Part shown: positions 49,495 to 58,584 of the stretch, in pieces | Layout: each line of letters starts with the position of its first letter | Numbering within the stretch: the stretch's first letter is position 1 | Assembly (NCBI GenBank): GCA_937873225.1 | Contig: CALMVN010000146.1 | Span: 335 to 64,334 of the forward strand | Origin: an uncultured Acetobacteraceae bacterium | Lineage (GTDB): Bacteria > Pseudomonadota > Alphaproteobacteria > Acetobacterales > Acetobacteraceae | Direction of reading: 5' to 3' | Length of the DNA: 64,000 nucleotides | The notes under the pieces: model-generated | The model's input: only the letters and a program-made list of their open reading frames with translations | Databases searched by the model: none | Told to the model about the DNA's origin: nothing | Translations under genes and position numbers: made by a program

Positions 49495-52234
49495 ATGAAC
49501 CAGCCTTCCGCGACCGGACCAGGCGCCCTTGTTCCGTTGTTCCGGCGATGCGGCCGGATCCTGGCGCTCCTGCTGGTGGTCGGCGGATGGCTGCTGCCGG
49601 GCTGTGCGGCAACGGCCCAGGACCGCTCCGACGCCGGCACGGGCGCGACCGGTCATGCCCGGAGCGTCGACCCGCTGGCCGGGCTGACCCCGATCGAGCG
49701 GCAACGGCTGCGGGCGATCCTGGACGCGCCGGTCCCGGCCGCCGCCGGGGCGCCCCCTGCCGCCGCCAAGGCCGCGGCACCGGCCGCCGCGCCCAAGCCG
49801 AAAACGGTCAGCGTGGCGCCGGACAGCCTGGCCGGCCAGGTGCTGGTCGAGGCGACGGTGTTCCGGCGCGGGCTTCTGGCGGACGGCTCCACATTTCTGC
49901 GCCTGTTCGGCGACATCGCCCTGTCCGGCCGCTGGCTGCAGCGCGAGATGGTGGACCCGGCCGCGCGTGCCGCCCTGTTCGACGCGTTCTGGCGCAGCGC
50001 GCTGGTGGTGCTGGTGGGACTCGGCGCCGAGCACCTGCTTCTCCTGGCGCTGCGCCGTCCGCTGCGCGGGCTCGGCCGCGAGGCCGTCCTAGCCGACGAG
50101 GAGGCGGTGGACCCGCCGCTCCGGGACGCCGCCGTGCCCGGCCTGGTCCAGGCCGGGCCGCCGGCGCCCCCCCCCCCGGCGGGCCCCGCGCCCCAGCCGG
50201 GGGCCCGTCGGCCCCGCCCCCCCCTCCTGCCGCCGCCCCCCGGGCCCGGGCGGGGCCCGGCGGGGGCCGCCGGCTCCCGCCGACGCGGCGGACACGGCGC
50301 CGCTGCCGGGAGCCGTTCTGCCCGGCACCCCGATCGTGCCGACGCCCCCGTTGCCACAGCCGGCCGGAAGCGCTTCCGGCTCCCTGCCGGTCGACCCGCC
50401 ATCCGCCGACACCCTGCCGTCCGGCGAGGCGGCGTCCGCAGAGGAGAACCAGGCGGAGAACCAGGCGGAGAACCAGGCGGAGCACCGGTCGCGCGACGCC
50501 GCCCACAGGCGCAACACGCTGCGCGTGCTCCGCCGCGTGCCCTTCGCGCTGCTTCGCCTCGTGTTGAAGCTCCTCCCGCTCGGCGCCTTCCTGCTGATCG
50601 GCAACGGCGCCGCCACCCTTGTCGCCACCGCACCGCACACGCAGCTGGTGATCCTGGCCGTCACCAGCATCTACGGCGTCAGCCGCAGCCTCTGGCTCCT
50701 GATGGACATGCTGCTGGCGCCCCGCGCGCCAGGGGTGCGACTGGTCGAGGTATCGAACGAGACCGCACGCTTCCTGATCGGCTGGTGGGGCTGGCTGGTG
50801 GCGGTGCTCACGGTCGCCATCTGCATCACCGATGTCGGCCGGATCCTGGACCTGCCGGCACGCGCAGGGCTGGCGATCACCCGCCTGGTGGTGCTGGTGG
50901 AGCACGTCCTGGTCGCGGTGCTGATCTGGCAGACCCGTCGCAAGGTCGCGGAAAGCCTTCATCCGCCGCGCCGCCTGCGACGGCGCTCCTTCGGCCGGGT
51001 GCTGACGGTGCTGGCCGACCGCTGGTGGGTCCCGGCGCTGTTCTTCGACGCCGCCCTCTGGTTCGTCTGGGCGGCGCAGATACGCGGCGGCTACGCCAAG
51101 ATGTGGCAGCTGTTCCTGTCGAGCTGCATCGTCATCCTGGTCTGCCGCCTGATCGCGGTCATGCTGCTGGGCGGGCTGGACCGCCTGTTCCGGGTCGAGC
51201 CAGGCGTCGAGCTGCAGCATCCCGACCTGTTGCGGCGCGCCGGCCGCTACTACCCGGTGCTGCGCCGCATCGTGGTATGGGCGCTGAGCGTGGCCGGCGC
51301 CGTCGTCCTGCTGCAATGGTGGGGCATCCCGGCGCTCGGCTTCTTCACGCACGGCACCCTGGGGACCCGCCTGGTCTCGGCGCTGGTGACGGTTCTGGTC
51401 ACGGTGGTGGTCGGCGTGCTGGTCTGGGAGCTGGTCAACGGCGCGCTCGACCGGCAGATCGGCCGGTTCAACGACACCAACCAGGCCATGCGCGCGATCC
51501 GGCTGCAGACCCTGCTGCCGATCCTGCGCACGCTGCTGTTCGTGGTGCTGGGCGCGATCCTGCTGCTGACGGTGCTGAGCGAGATCGGCGTGGACATCGC
51601 GCCCCTGCTGGCCGGCGCCGGCATCCTGGGCGTCGCGGTCGGCTTCGGCTCGCAGAAGCTGGTGCAGGACTTCATCACCGGCATCTTCCTGCTGGTCGAG
51701 AACGCGATGCAGGTGGGCGACAGCGTCACCGTGGCCGGGATCAGCGGCACCGTCGAGCACCTGTCGATCCGCACGCTGCGCCTGCGCGGCGGCGACGGCT
51801 CGATCCAGATCATCCCGTTCTCCTCGGTGTCCACCGTGGCCAACATGAGCCGCGACTTCGCGGTGGCCACGGTCAGCATCGCCATCGCCTTTTCCGAGGA
51901 CACCGACCGGGTGTGCACCATGCTGGACGCGATCGGCGCCGAGCTGCGCGCGGATGAGGGGTTCGGGGACAAGATCCTGGCCGACTTCGCCCTGAACGGC
52001 ATCGACAGCCTGGGCGAATACGCGGTGGCGATCAGCGGCACGATGCGCTGCACCGTGGCCGGGCGCTGGCCGGTGCAGCGCGAGTTCAACCGCCGCCTGC
52101 GTGCCCGCATGATGGAGGACAGCATCGCCCTGCCTCAGGTGCATCGCACCCTCGACCTGCCGGCCTTGCCCGGCCTGCTCGATCGGGCGCAGCCTCGCAC
52201 GGCGACTTTCGACCAGGACACGAGCCATGGCTGA
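49495..52234 (+). CDS. Large MscS-family mechanosensitive channel, frameshifted near 50160-50280
   Basis: The N-terminal half (TM plus APDSLAGQVL) is in ORF 49279..51957. The C-terminal half (LAGAGILGVAVGFGSQKLVQDFITG, QVGD, GTVEHLSIRTLRLR, IIPFSSV, QREFNRRL) is in ORF 50336..52234. The frames differ by one. Confidence 0.85.
50155..50280 (+). repeat. Nearly A/T-free tract with C11 (50167-77) and C8 (50217-24) homopolymers
   Basis: Only 5 A/T bases in about 126 nt; coincides with the frame change in mscS. Confidence 0.85.
50443..50482 (+). repeat. 12-bp tandem repeat x3.3 encoding (ENQA)3
   Basis: GGAGAACCAGGC x3 followed by GGAG. Confidence 0.9.
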
Positions 52235-52949
52235 CCCCGCCGCCGCTCCGGAACAGCTGCTCGCCGCGGACGGCTACGCGTTCGTTCCGGCGCTACGGAT
52301 GCGGGCGCTGCTCGGGGCCGCGGCGCTGGAGCGCTGGGACGGGTTCGCGTCGAGCTGGGACCATCTCGGCATCGACCGCTACATGGCCGATGGCGGCCGC
52401 TACCGGCGGCGGCGGCACGCGGTGTTCGCCGCCGGCGCCGCGGGGTTCGAGCGCAAGCCGCACCAGCCGCACTACCAGAGCCGCGACCACAACGCCCTGA
52501 ACGGCGGCATCGAGCGCTGGTTCACCCCCGTGGAGGACCAGGTCGCCACCCATCCGGTGCTGCTGGCGATCCTGTCCGCCTGCCGCTCCCTGTTCGAGGA
52601 GCTGACCCCGCCGGGCGCGCGACCGGACACCTGGCACGTCGAGCTGCACCAGTTCCGGATCGAGCCGAGCGGGAACGAGGACGGCCATCCGACCCCCGAG
52701 GGCCTGCACCGCGACGGCGTCGACTGGGTGCTGGTGCTTCTGGTGGCGCGCGAGAACATCGCCAGCGGGGTCACCAGCATCCACGACGCGCAGCGCCGCC
52801 TGCTCGGCAGCTTCACCCTCGAGCAGCCGCTGGACGCCGCCCTGGTCGATGACGGCCGCGTCTACCACGGCGTCACCGCGATCCGTCCGCTCGACCCGGC
52901 GCTGCCCGCGCATCGCGACGTGCTCGTGGTCACCTTTCGCCGGCAGTGA
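52227..52949 (+). CDS. 2OG-Fe(II) dioxygenase family protein (2OG-Fe_Oxy_2/BsmA-like)
   Basis: D.YMADGGRYRRRR, HYQSRDHN.LNGG, HQFRI, PEGLHRDG (HxD), VYHGVT (His), RDVLVVTF (Arg). 8-bp overlap with mscS. Confidence 0.9.
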   Translation: MADPAAAPEQLLAADGYAFVPALRMRALLGAAALERWDGFASSWDHLGIDRYMADGGRYRRRRHAVFAAGAAGFERKPHQPHYQSRDHNALNGGIERWFTPVEDQVATHPVLLAILSACRSLFEELTPPGARPDTWHVELHQFRIEPSGNEDGHPTPEGLHRDGVDWVLVLLVARENIASGVTSIHDAQRRLLGSFTLEQPLDAALVDDGRVYHGVTAIRPLDPALPAHRDVLVVTFRRQ

Positions 52950-52977
52950 TGCGGCAGGCGCCAGGACGACCGGACAT

Positions 52978-53002
52978 GGAACCGGGCCGGCCGGCCGGGG
53001 TT
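52978..53002 (+). promoter_or_regulatory. EcfG/SigT-type promoter for a small ORF
   Basis: GGAAC cgggccggccggccggg GTT (N17), followed by GGAGG at 53017. Confidence 0.7.
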
Positions 53003-53032
53003 TGAAGACGCGCATCGGAGGCAAGGCATCGC

Positions 53033-53155
53033 GTGTCCGGCATCATCAAGACCTTCCTGCTCGGCGTGGGCCTGGCCGGTCTCTCCACCCTCGTCTGTCC
53101 GCACATGTGGTCCGGTCTGCGCCGGCGCGGCACGAACGTCCGGCCACAAGCGTGA
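53033..53155 (+). CDS. Unannotated 40-aa single-TM peptide
   Basis: GTG...TGA encoding MSGIIKTFLLGVGLAGLSTLVCPHMWSGLRRRGTNVRPQA. It has a promoter motif, GGAGG/AAGG RBS and GC-ending codons, and lies below the ORF-track size cut-off. Confidence 0.6.
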   Translation: MSGIIKTFLLGVGLAGLSTLVCPHMWSGLRRRGTNVRPQA

Positions 53156-53185
53156 CCGGCGGCCGGAACCACCCCGGGGAACGGC

Positions 53186-54202
53186 TCAGCGCCTGATCCC
53201 GAGGCCGGGCTTGATCGTCGACCGGGCGACGGTGAAGCGGTTCAGCATGTCGAACCAGAACGGCGCGCCCAGCGTCACCGCGAACGCCGTGACGGTCCAG
53301 CCGATCAGCATCTGCAGCACGGCGCCAGGATCGAGCGCACCGGGCCTCCCGCCGGCGCCCGGACGGCGGAGCTGTTGCGGCGGCGGGTCGCCCCAGCCGC
53401 ACGGGAAGCGTATCTGCGCCAGCTCGTCGCGCAGGGCGGCGAACCCTTCCCTGGCCTGTTCCGGCACCCCGCCCGCGTCCTGCGGCACCAGGGAGGCGGC
53501 CTGCGCCACCGCCCCGTCGCGCAGCGCCTTGTCCTCGAACAGGGCCTTGCCGACGCTGAACGCGTCGACGTTCATCACGCCCGCCATCAGGAGCCCGATC
53601 CCGAACAGCATCACCTGCGTGCGGCGCTTGTACCAGCCGGATACCCGCTCCATGCAGCTGTCGAACCAGCGCTCGATCGCCTCCCGGACGCGCCCGAGGT
53701 CGTCTTCCGCCCCGTCCAGCGCGCTCAACAGCGCCCGCCTGGTGCGGCTGTCCGGCATTGCCTGCGCCCGTGCCGACAGCGCCCGGACCGTGACCGGCTC
53801 GCCCGTTTCCGAACCTGCGCCGCCGATCGGTCCGCGCACCACGAGGTCCAGGAATGCGCGCGCGAAGTTCCCGGCCGGGATGTAGGCGGGCAGGTTGCCA
53901 CGCCGCCTGATCGGCATGCGCAGCGACCGGGTCCCGGTCAGCAGGCTTCGGTGCGGCCGCAACTGCCCGGGCGCGTAGGACCCGTCGAACAGGGCGAACA
54001 CCATCGGGTGGGAATACAGGGCGCGCGCCGCTCCCTGTCCGGCGGGATCGTCCAGCATCTCCCGTATCCCGCGCTCCAGGTCCGAGGCACGGGTGTTGAG
54101 CACGGCCTCGATCGCCTCGCGTATCGCCGAGCACACCAGGCTGACGAACAGGAACAGCAGGCAGAGCCCGATCGCGACGTCAAGAACCACCGAGCCGAAC
54201 AT
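53186..54202 (-). CDS. Hypothetical membrane protein
   Basis: AAGG RBS. N-terminal TM (MFGSVVLDVAIGLCLLFLFVSLVCSAIRE), a central hydrophobic segment, and a C-terminal GWTVTAFAVTLGAPFWFDMLN. Confidence 0.8.
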   Translation of the reverse strand: MFGSVVLDVAIGLCLLFLFVSLVCSAIREAIEAVLNTRASDLERGIREMLDDPAGQGAARALYSHPMVFALFDGSYAPGQLRPHRSLLTGTRSLRMPIRRRGNLPAYIPAGNFARAFLDLVVRGPIGGAGSETGEPVTVRALSARAQAMPDSRTRRALLSALDGAEDDLGRVREAIERWFDSCMERVSGWYKRRTQVMLFGIGLLMAGVMNVDAFSVGKALFEDKALRDGAVAQAASLVPQDAGGVPEQAREGFAALRDELAQIRFPCGWGDPPPQQLRRPGAGGRPGALDPGAVLQMLIGWTVTAFAVTLGAPFWFDMLNRFTVARSTIKPGLGIRR

Positions 54203-54422
54203 CGCCTTCCTTCCGCCAACGGGCAGCACGCACGCGGCGATCCTGACCGGTTCAACGCACCGGAACAATGAACCGGAACGATCCCGTCCGCGTCCGGAGC
54301 CTTTGGCGGCACGAGGCGCCGGGGTCGTTAGCGATCCGTAAGGGAATTCTTCCTATCGTGGCGGCAACCGAAACCGATCGGGTGGTCCGGCAGGAACGGG
54401 CCGGCCCGGAAGCGGAGCCAGC

Positions 54423-56219
54423 GTGTTGCCGTATCCTTCCCAATCCCTGCCCTTCCAGCCCGTGGACGATGCCGGGCCGGACGACTCGGGCGAGGCGCGC
54501 GCGCCGGTTGCGGGCCTGCACCTGCGCGCCGCACTTGACGGCCTGGAAGCGGGCCTCGTCACCTTCAACAGGACGCTCGACATCCTGTTCGTCAACAGCC
54601 GGCTGCGCTCCATGCTGGAGATCGATCCTGCCGTGGCCGGCGGAGTCGGGTCGCTGCTGATGCTGATGGAGGCCAGCGCCGTTCTGTCCACGACGGTCGT
54701 GCAGCAGGTCCACGAGGCCTGCCAGGGCGCGGTCGACACCCGGACCCCCCAGGAGGTCACGCTTGCGGCGCCGGGGGCACGCTTCTTCTCGCTGCGCGTG
54801 GGCGGGCTCGTCGACCGGCACTGGATGGCCTCCTTCACCGAGGTGACCGCGCAGCGCACCGCGGAAGCGCAGGCGGTCGAGCGGGCGAAGTGCGATCCCT
54901 TGACCGGCCTGCTCAGCCGCACCCTGTTCCACGACCGGATCAGCGTTCTTCTCGACACCGGGCCCGACCACGAGCCGACGGGCCAGCCCGCGGCCGATCC
55001 GCCGCACCCGGTGCGGCACGCGGTGATGGCGGTCGATCTGGATCGCTTCAAGAGCGTGAACGACACGCTGGGCCATTCCACCGGCGACGGGCTGCTCTGC
55101 CTGGTCGCCAGGCGGCTGCGCTCGGTGCTGCGCCAGCACGACGCCCTGTCCAGGCTCGGCGGCGACGAGTTCGCCCTGCTGGTGTCGCCGGCACCGGACC
55201 GGACCGTGCTGGACCAGCTGGCGCGACGGATCACCGACGTGATCGGCCGGCCCTACCTGGTCGACGGGCACCTGGTGAACATCGGCGCCAGCATCGGCAT
55301 CGCCGTCTTTCCGGAGGATGGCGCCACGCGCGTCGAGCTGCTGCGCAACGCCGACCTGGCGCTCTACGACGCCAAGGCCATGGGCCGCAGCACCCACAGC
55401 TTCTTCAGGCCGGAGATGGACGCGCGCGCGGTGGCGCGGCGCCTGATCGAGATCGACCTGCGCAAGGCGCTGGCGCTGCGCCAGTTCGAGCTGCACTACC
55501 AGCCGCAGATCGACCTGGAGCGCCATGCCATCGTCGGCTTCGAGGCGCTGCTCCGCTGGCGCCATCCCGAGCGCGGCATGGTGTCGCCGGCCGAGTTCAT
55601 CCCGCTCGCCGAGGAGATCGGGCTGATCGTGCCGCTCGGCGAGTGGGTGCTGAACCAGGCCTGCCTGGAAGCGACGCACTGGTCGGAGCCGGTCACCATC
55701 GCGGTCAACGTGTCGCCCTACCAGTTCGAGGACACGAACCGGCTGGTCGAGGCGGTGGGCCGGGCGCTCAGCCTGTCCGGCCTGCCCGGCCGCAGGCTGG
55801 AGATCGAGATCACCGAAAGCGTGCTTCTGCGCAACGCCGAGCCGGTGCTGGCCGCACTGCACCGGCTGCGCGGGATGGGCGTGCGGGTGGCGATGGACGA
55901 TTTCGGCACCGGCTATTCCTCGCTGAGCCAGCTGCACAGCTTCCCGTTCGACAAGATCAAGATCGACCGGTCGTTCGTGAAGGACCGCGACGACGATGTC
56001 GGGCAGAACGCGATCATCCGGGCGATCACGGCGCTCGGCGCCAGCCTGGGCATGGCCACGATCGCCGAGGGGGTGGAAACCGCCGGCCAGCTGGAGCGGA
56101 TACGCGACGGCGGCTGCACCTCCGTGCAGGGCTACCTGTTCAGCCGGCCGGTCCCGGTCGCGCAGGTGGCCGGGCTGATCGCCGGCTACAACCAGTTCCA
56201 ACCCACCCCCGCTTACTGA
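54423..56219 (+). CDS. PAS-like + GGDEF + EAL hybrid diguanylate cyclase/phosphodiesterase
   Basis: DPLTGLLSR, DLDRFKSVNDTLGH, RQHD I-site, GGDEF, YQPQ, EALLRW, EITES, DDFGTGYSSL, KIDRSFV, EGVET, QGYLFSRP. Confidence 0.96.
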   Translation: MLPYPSQSLPFQPVDDAGPDDSGEARAPVAGLHLRAALDGLEAGLVTFNRTLDILFVNSRLRSMLEIDPAVAGGVGSLLMLMEASAVLSTTVVQQVHEACQGAVDTRTPQEVTLAAPGARFFSLRVGGLVDRHWMASFTEVTAQRTAEAQAVERAKCDPLTGLLSRTLFHDRISVLLDTGPDHEPTGQPAADPPHPVRHAVMAVDLDRFKSVNDTLGHSTGDGLLCLVARRLRSVLRQHDALSRLGGDEFALLVSPAPDRTVLDQLARRITDVIGRPYLVDGHLVNIGASIGIAVFPEDGATRVELLRNADLALYDAKAMGRSTHSFFRPEMDARAVARRLIEIDLRKALALRQFELHYQPQIDLERHAIVGFEALLRWRHPERGMVSPAEFIPLAEEIGLIVPLGEWVLNQACLEATHWSEPVTIAVNVSPYQFEDTNRLVEAVGRALSLSGLPGRRLEIEITESVLLRNAEPVLAALHRLRGMGVRVAMDDFGTGYSSLSQLHSFPFDKIKIDRSFVKDRDDDVGQNAIIRAITALGASLGMATIAEGVETAGQLERIRDGGCTSVQGYLFSRPVPVAQVAGLIAGYNQFQPTPAY

Positions 56220-56231
56220 AGGAGTTTGATC

Positions 56232-56678
56232 GTGTCCGAGTTGTACCAGGTGATCTATTGCAGCCGAAACCGCATCCCGGGCGCGCCGGATACGGTATCG
56301 GAGAACATCGGCGGGATCCTTGCCAGGTCGCGCGAGAACAATGCCCGCGACGGGGTCACCGGCGGGCTGCTGTTCAGCGACGGATGCTTCGCCCAGGTGC
56401 TGGAAGGGCCGATGGAGGCGGTGACGGCGGCCTTCGAGCGCATCCAGTGCGACGAGCGGCATGGCGAGATCGTCGTGCTGCAGTCCGGTCCGATCGCCGA
56501 GCGGCACTTCGCCGACTGGTCGATGGCGTTCACCGGGACACGCGCGCTCGGCGCGGGCAAGGTGGCCGGGCTCGGCCTCAGCGACACGCTGACGACCCGC
56601 TCCGGCGGCGGCGACACGGTGCTCGGCCTGTTGCGGTCGGTGGTGGTGCGCGAAACCGAGTGGCTGGAGTCGGTCTAG
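56232..56678 (+). CDS. Stand-alone BLUF blue-light photoreceptor
   Basis: VIYCSRN (Tyr), SRENNARDGVTGGL, FAQVLEG (Gln), IQCDERH, RHFADWSM. AAGGAG overlaps the upstream stop and favours GTG 56232. Confidence 0.93.
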   Translation: MSELYQVIYCSRNRIPGAPDTVSENIGGILARSRENNARDGVTGGLLFSDGCFAQVLEGPMEAVTAAFERIQCDERHGEIVVLQSGPIAERHFADWSMAFTGTRALGAGKVAGLGLSDTLTTRSGGGDTVLGLLRSVVVRETEWLESV

Positions 56679-57991
56679 CCCCCGTCATCCACCCGGACCA
56701 GCCGCCACCGCGCTGCGATGATCGCGGCGCCGGCCGCCAGCCACAGCCCCCACGGCAACAGCAGCCGAACCGGCAGGTCGCGCAGGAGCAGCACGATCGT
56801 CAGCCCCTGCGACGCGATCGCCAGCCCCGCCGCCAGTAGCCGCAGGCCTATCGGCAGCGGCAGCGGCGAGGCGCGGTAGGCGGCAGGATCGGCGCGCGCG
56901 TTGAGCGGCGCGCTGGCGACGGACAGTATCGCCGAGATGCTGGCGCCGAGCCCGCTCACCCGGATGATGCTGCCCACGTCCAGCCCGGCCAGCAGCGGCA
57001 CCGCACCGATCGATCCCAGCAGCAGCAGCGGCCAAACCGGCACGCCGCGCCGGCTGGTGCGTCCGAACGCCTGCGGCAGCCAGCCGTCCGCGGCCGCCAT
57101 CAGGATGCTGCGGCTGCCCCAAAGCATGTGCGCGTTCATGATCCCCAGCATGCTGACGATCCCCGCCCCCAGCTCGAACAGCGCCAGCGGCACCGGCCGC
57201 ATCACGGTTGCTGCCACCGCGATCAGCGACCGTTCCCCCGGGCCTGCCGGCGGCACGCCGGCCGCCACCAGCGCCACCAGGACGTAGAGCAGGGCGGCGC
57301 AGGCGGTGGCGCCGAGGATGGCGACCGGAACGTCGCGCCCCGGCCGTCGCATCTCGCCCGACAGCTCCGACACCAGCGTGGCGCCGCTGATCGGGAAGGT
57401 CAGCAGGGCCGCCGCCGACAGCAGCCCGTGCCAGCCATGCGGCAGCATGTGCCCGAGCCGCCCCGGCACCACGTGCGGCGCCCCGGCCACGGCCAGGGCG
57501 CCCAGCGACAACGCCACCGCCGCGGTGATCGCGATTCCCGCCCGGGCCGACACCGCGGTGCCGAGCAGGTTCAGCCCCAGCACCAGGGCGAGCGACGCGA
57601 CCCCGCCGGCCCGGGCGGGCACCGCCGGCAGCAGCGCGTGCAGGGTGTCGCCGAAGGTGGCGGCATAGGCCGCGAGCCCGACATGGGTGCTCAGCACCAT
57701 CCAGAAGGCGATGAACCCGGCCGATGGGCCGATGAACCGGCTCGGCCATCGGTACAGGCTGCCCGACACCGGCCGCGCCGCGCCCAGCACCGCGTAGGGC
57801 AGGCTGACCAGCAGCACCACGACGCAGGCCAGCCCGTAGGCGGGCGCGGCGCCTGCGCCGGTCAGCGCCACCGCGGTGCCGGTCAGCACCACCACGCCGC
57901 CGCCGATCACCTGCTTCAGCGACACGCAGAACGCCATCGGCAGGGTCAGCGTCCTGCCCAGCCCACGACCGGCGGAACCGGGATCCGTCAT
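56675..57991 (-). CDS. APC-family amino acid permease
   Basis: About 12 TM helices, QVIGGGVV in TM1, SGSLYRW, TFPISGAT...SELSGEMRRPGRDVP, SRSILMAAADGWLP. Confidence 0.85.
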   Translation of the reverse strand: MTDPGSAGRGLGRTLTLPMAFCVSLKQVIGGGVVVLTGTAVALTGAGAAPAYGLACVVVLLVSLPYAVLGAARPVSGSLYRWPSRFIGPSAGFIAFWMVLSTHVGLAAYAATFGDTLHALLPAVPARAGGVASLALVLGLNLLGTAVSARAGIAITAAVALSLGALAVAGAPHVVPGRLGHMLPHGWHGLLSAAALLTFPISGATLVSELSGEMRRPGRDVPVAILGATACAALLYVLVALVAAGVPPAGPGERSLIAVAATVMRPVPLALFELGAGIVSMLGIMNAHMLWGSRSILMAAADGWLPQAFGRTSRRGVPVWPLLLLGSIGAVPLLAGLDVGSIIRVSGLGASISAILSVASAPLNARADPAAYRASPLPLPIGLRLLAAGLAIASQGLTIVLLLRDLPVRLLLPWGLWLAAGAAIIAARWRLVRVDDGG

Positions 57992-58098
57992 CAACAGCCG
58001 CTCTCCTCAGCGTCGTGATTTATCGCCGGCAACGAGGCAACCGGCCAGGCCGCGGGCCGGTTCAAGCCGTCGGACCAGCACGGGACCAGGGGCGAGGC

Positions 58099-58584
58099 AT
58101 GGACCAGACGACGCGACGGGTCGGTTCGGGCGCACTGGGCGGCGTCGTCGCCGGAAGCGTGCTGACCGCCCTGCTGCTCGGCATCGAGCGGAGCAGCAAC
58201 ACCCCGTCCGACATCGTCAGGCTCGGCCGGAAGACCGCCAACGCGCTCGGCTCCCCCTACCTGCACCAGGACTCGATGCCGGCGCTCGACGAGCAGCTCC
58301 GCTACCACGGCGGCCACCTCGCGCTCTCGGCGGCGATGGGCGTCACCTATCCGGCGCTGCGATCGCTGCCGGTGCTGCGCGGGCCGGGCGGGAGCCTGTT
58401 GTATGGCGCGGCGTTCTACCTGCTGTTCTGGGGCCTGCTCGGTCCCCGGCTGCGCCTGACGCCGACGCCGCGGCAGGAGGGTGCCGCCACGGTCGCACGG
58501 CGGGTCGGCCTGCACGCGCTGTTCGGCCTGGTCACCGGACTGGTGACGGACGCCCTCGCGCCCCGTGGCCGGAAACCGGGCTAG
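58099..58584 (+). CDS. Hypothetical membrane protein (3-4 TM)
   Basis: GAGG RBS; hydrophobic helices; YHGGHL and GLHALFG motifs. The 3' end overlaps convergent metW by 53 bp. Confidence 0.7.
   Translation: MDQTTRRVGSGALGGVVAGSVLTALLLGIERSSNTPSDIVRLGRKTANALGSPYLHQDSMPALDEQLRYHGGHLALSAAMGVTYPALRSLPVLRGPGGSLLYGAAFYLLFWGLLGPRLRLTPTPRQEGAATVARRVGLHALFGLVTGLVTDALAPRGRKPG

Noticed and set aside
58037-58062. GCAAC-N18-GTT before the 58099 membrane protein
   Set aside because: It has two deviations from consensus (variant -35 and long spacer).
58532-58584. 53-bp convergent overlap between metW and the upstream-strand membrane gene
   Set aside because: Most simply stop-codon drift in GC-rich DNA. 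The extra MetW tail is low-information.
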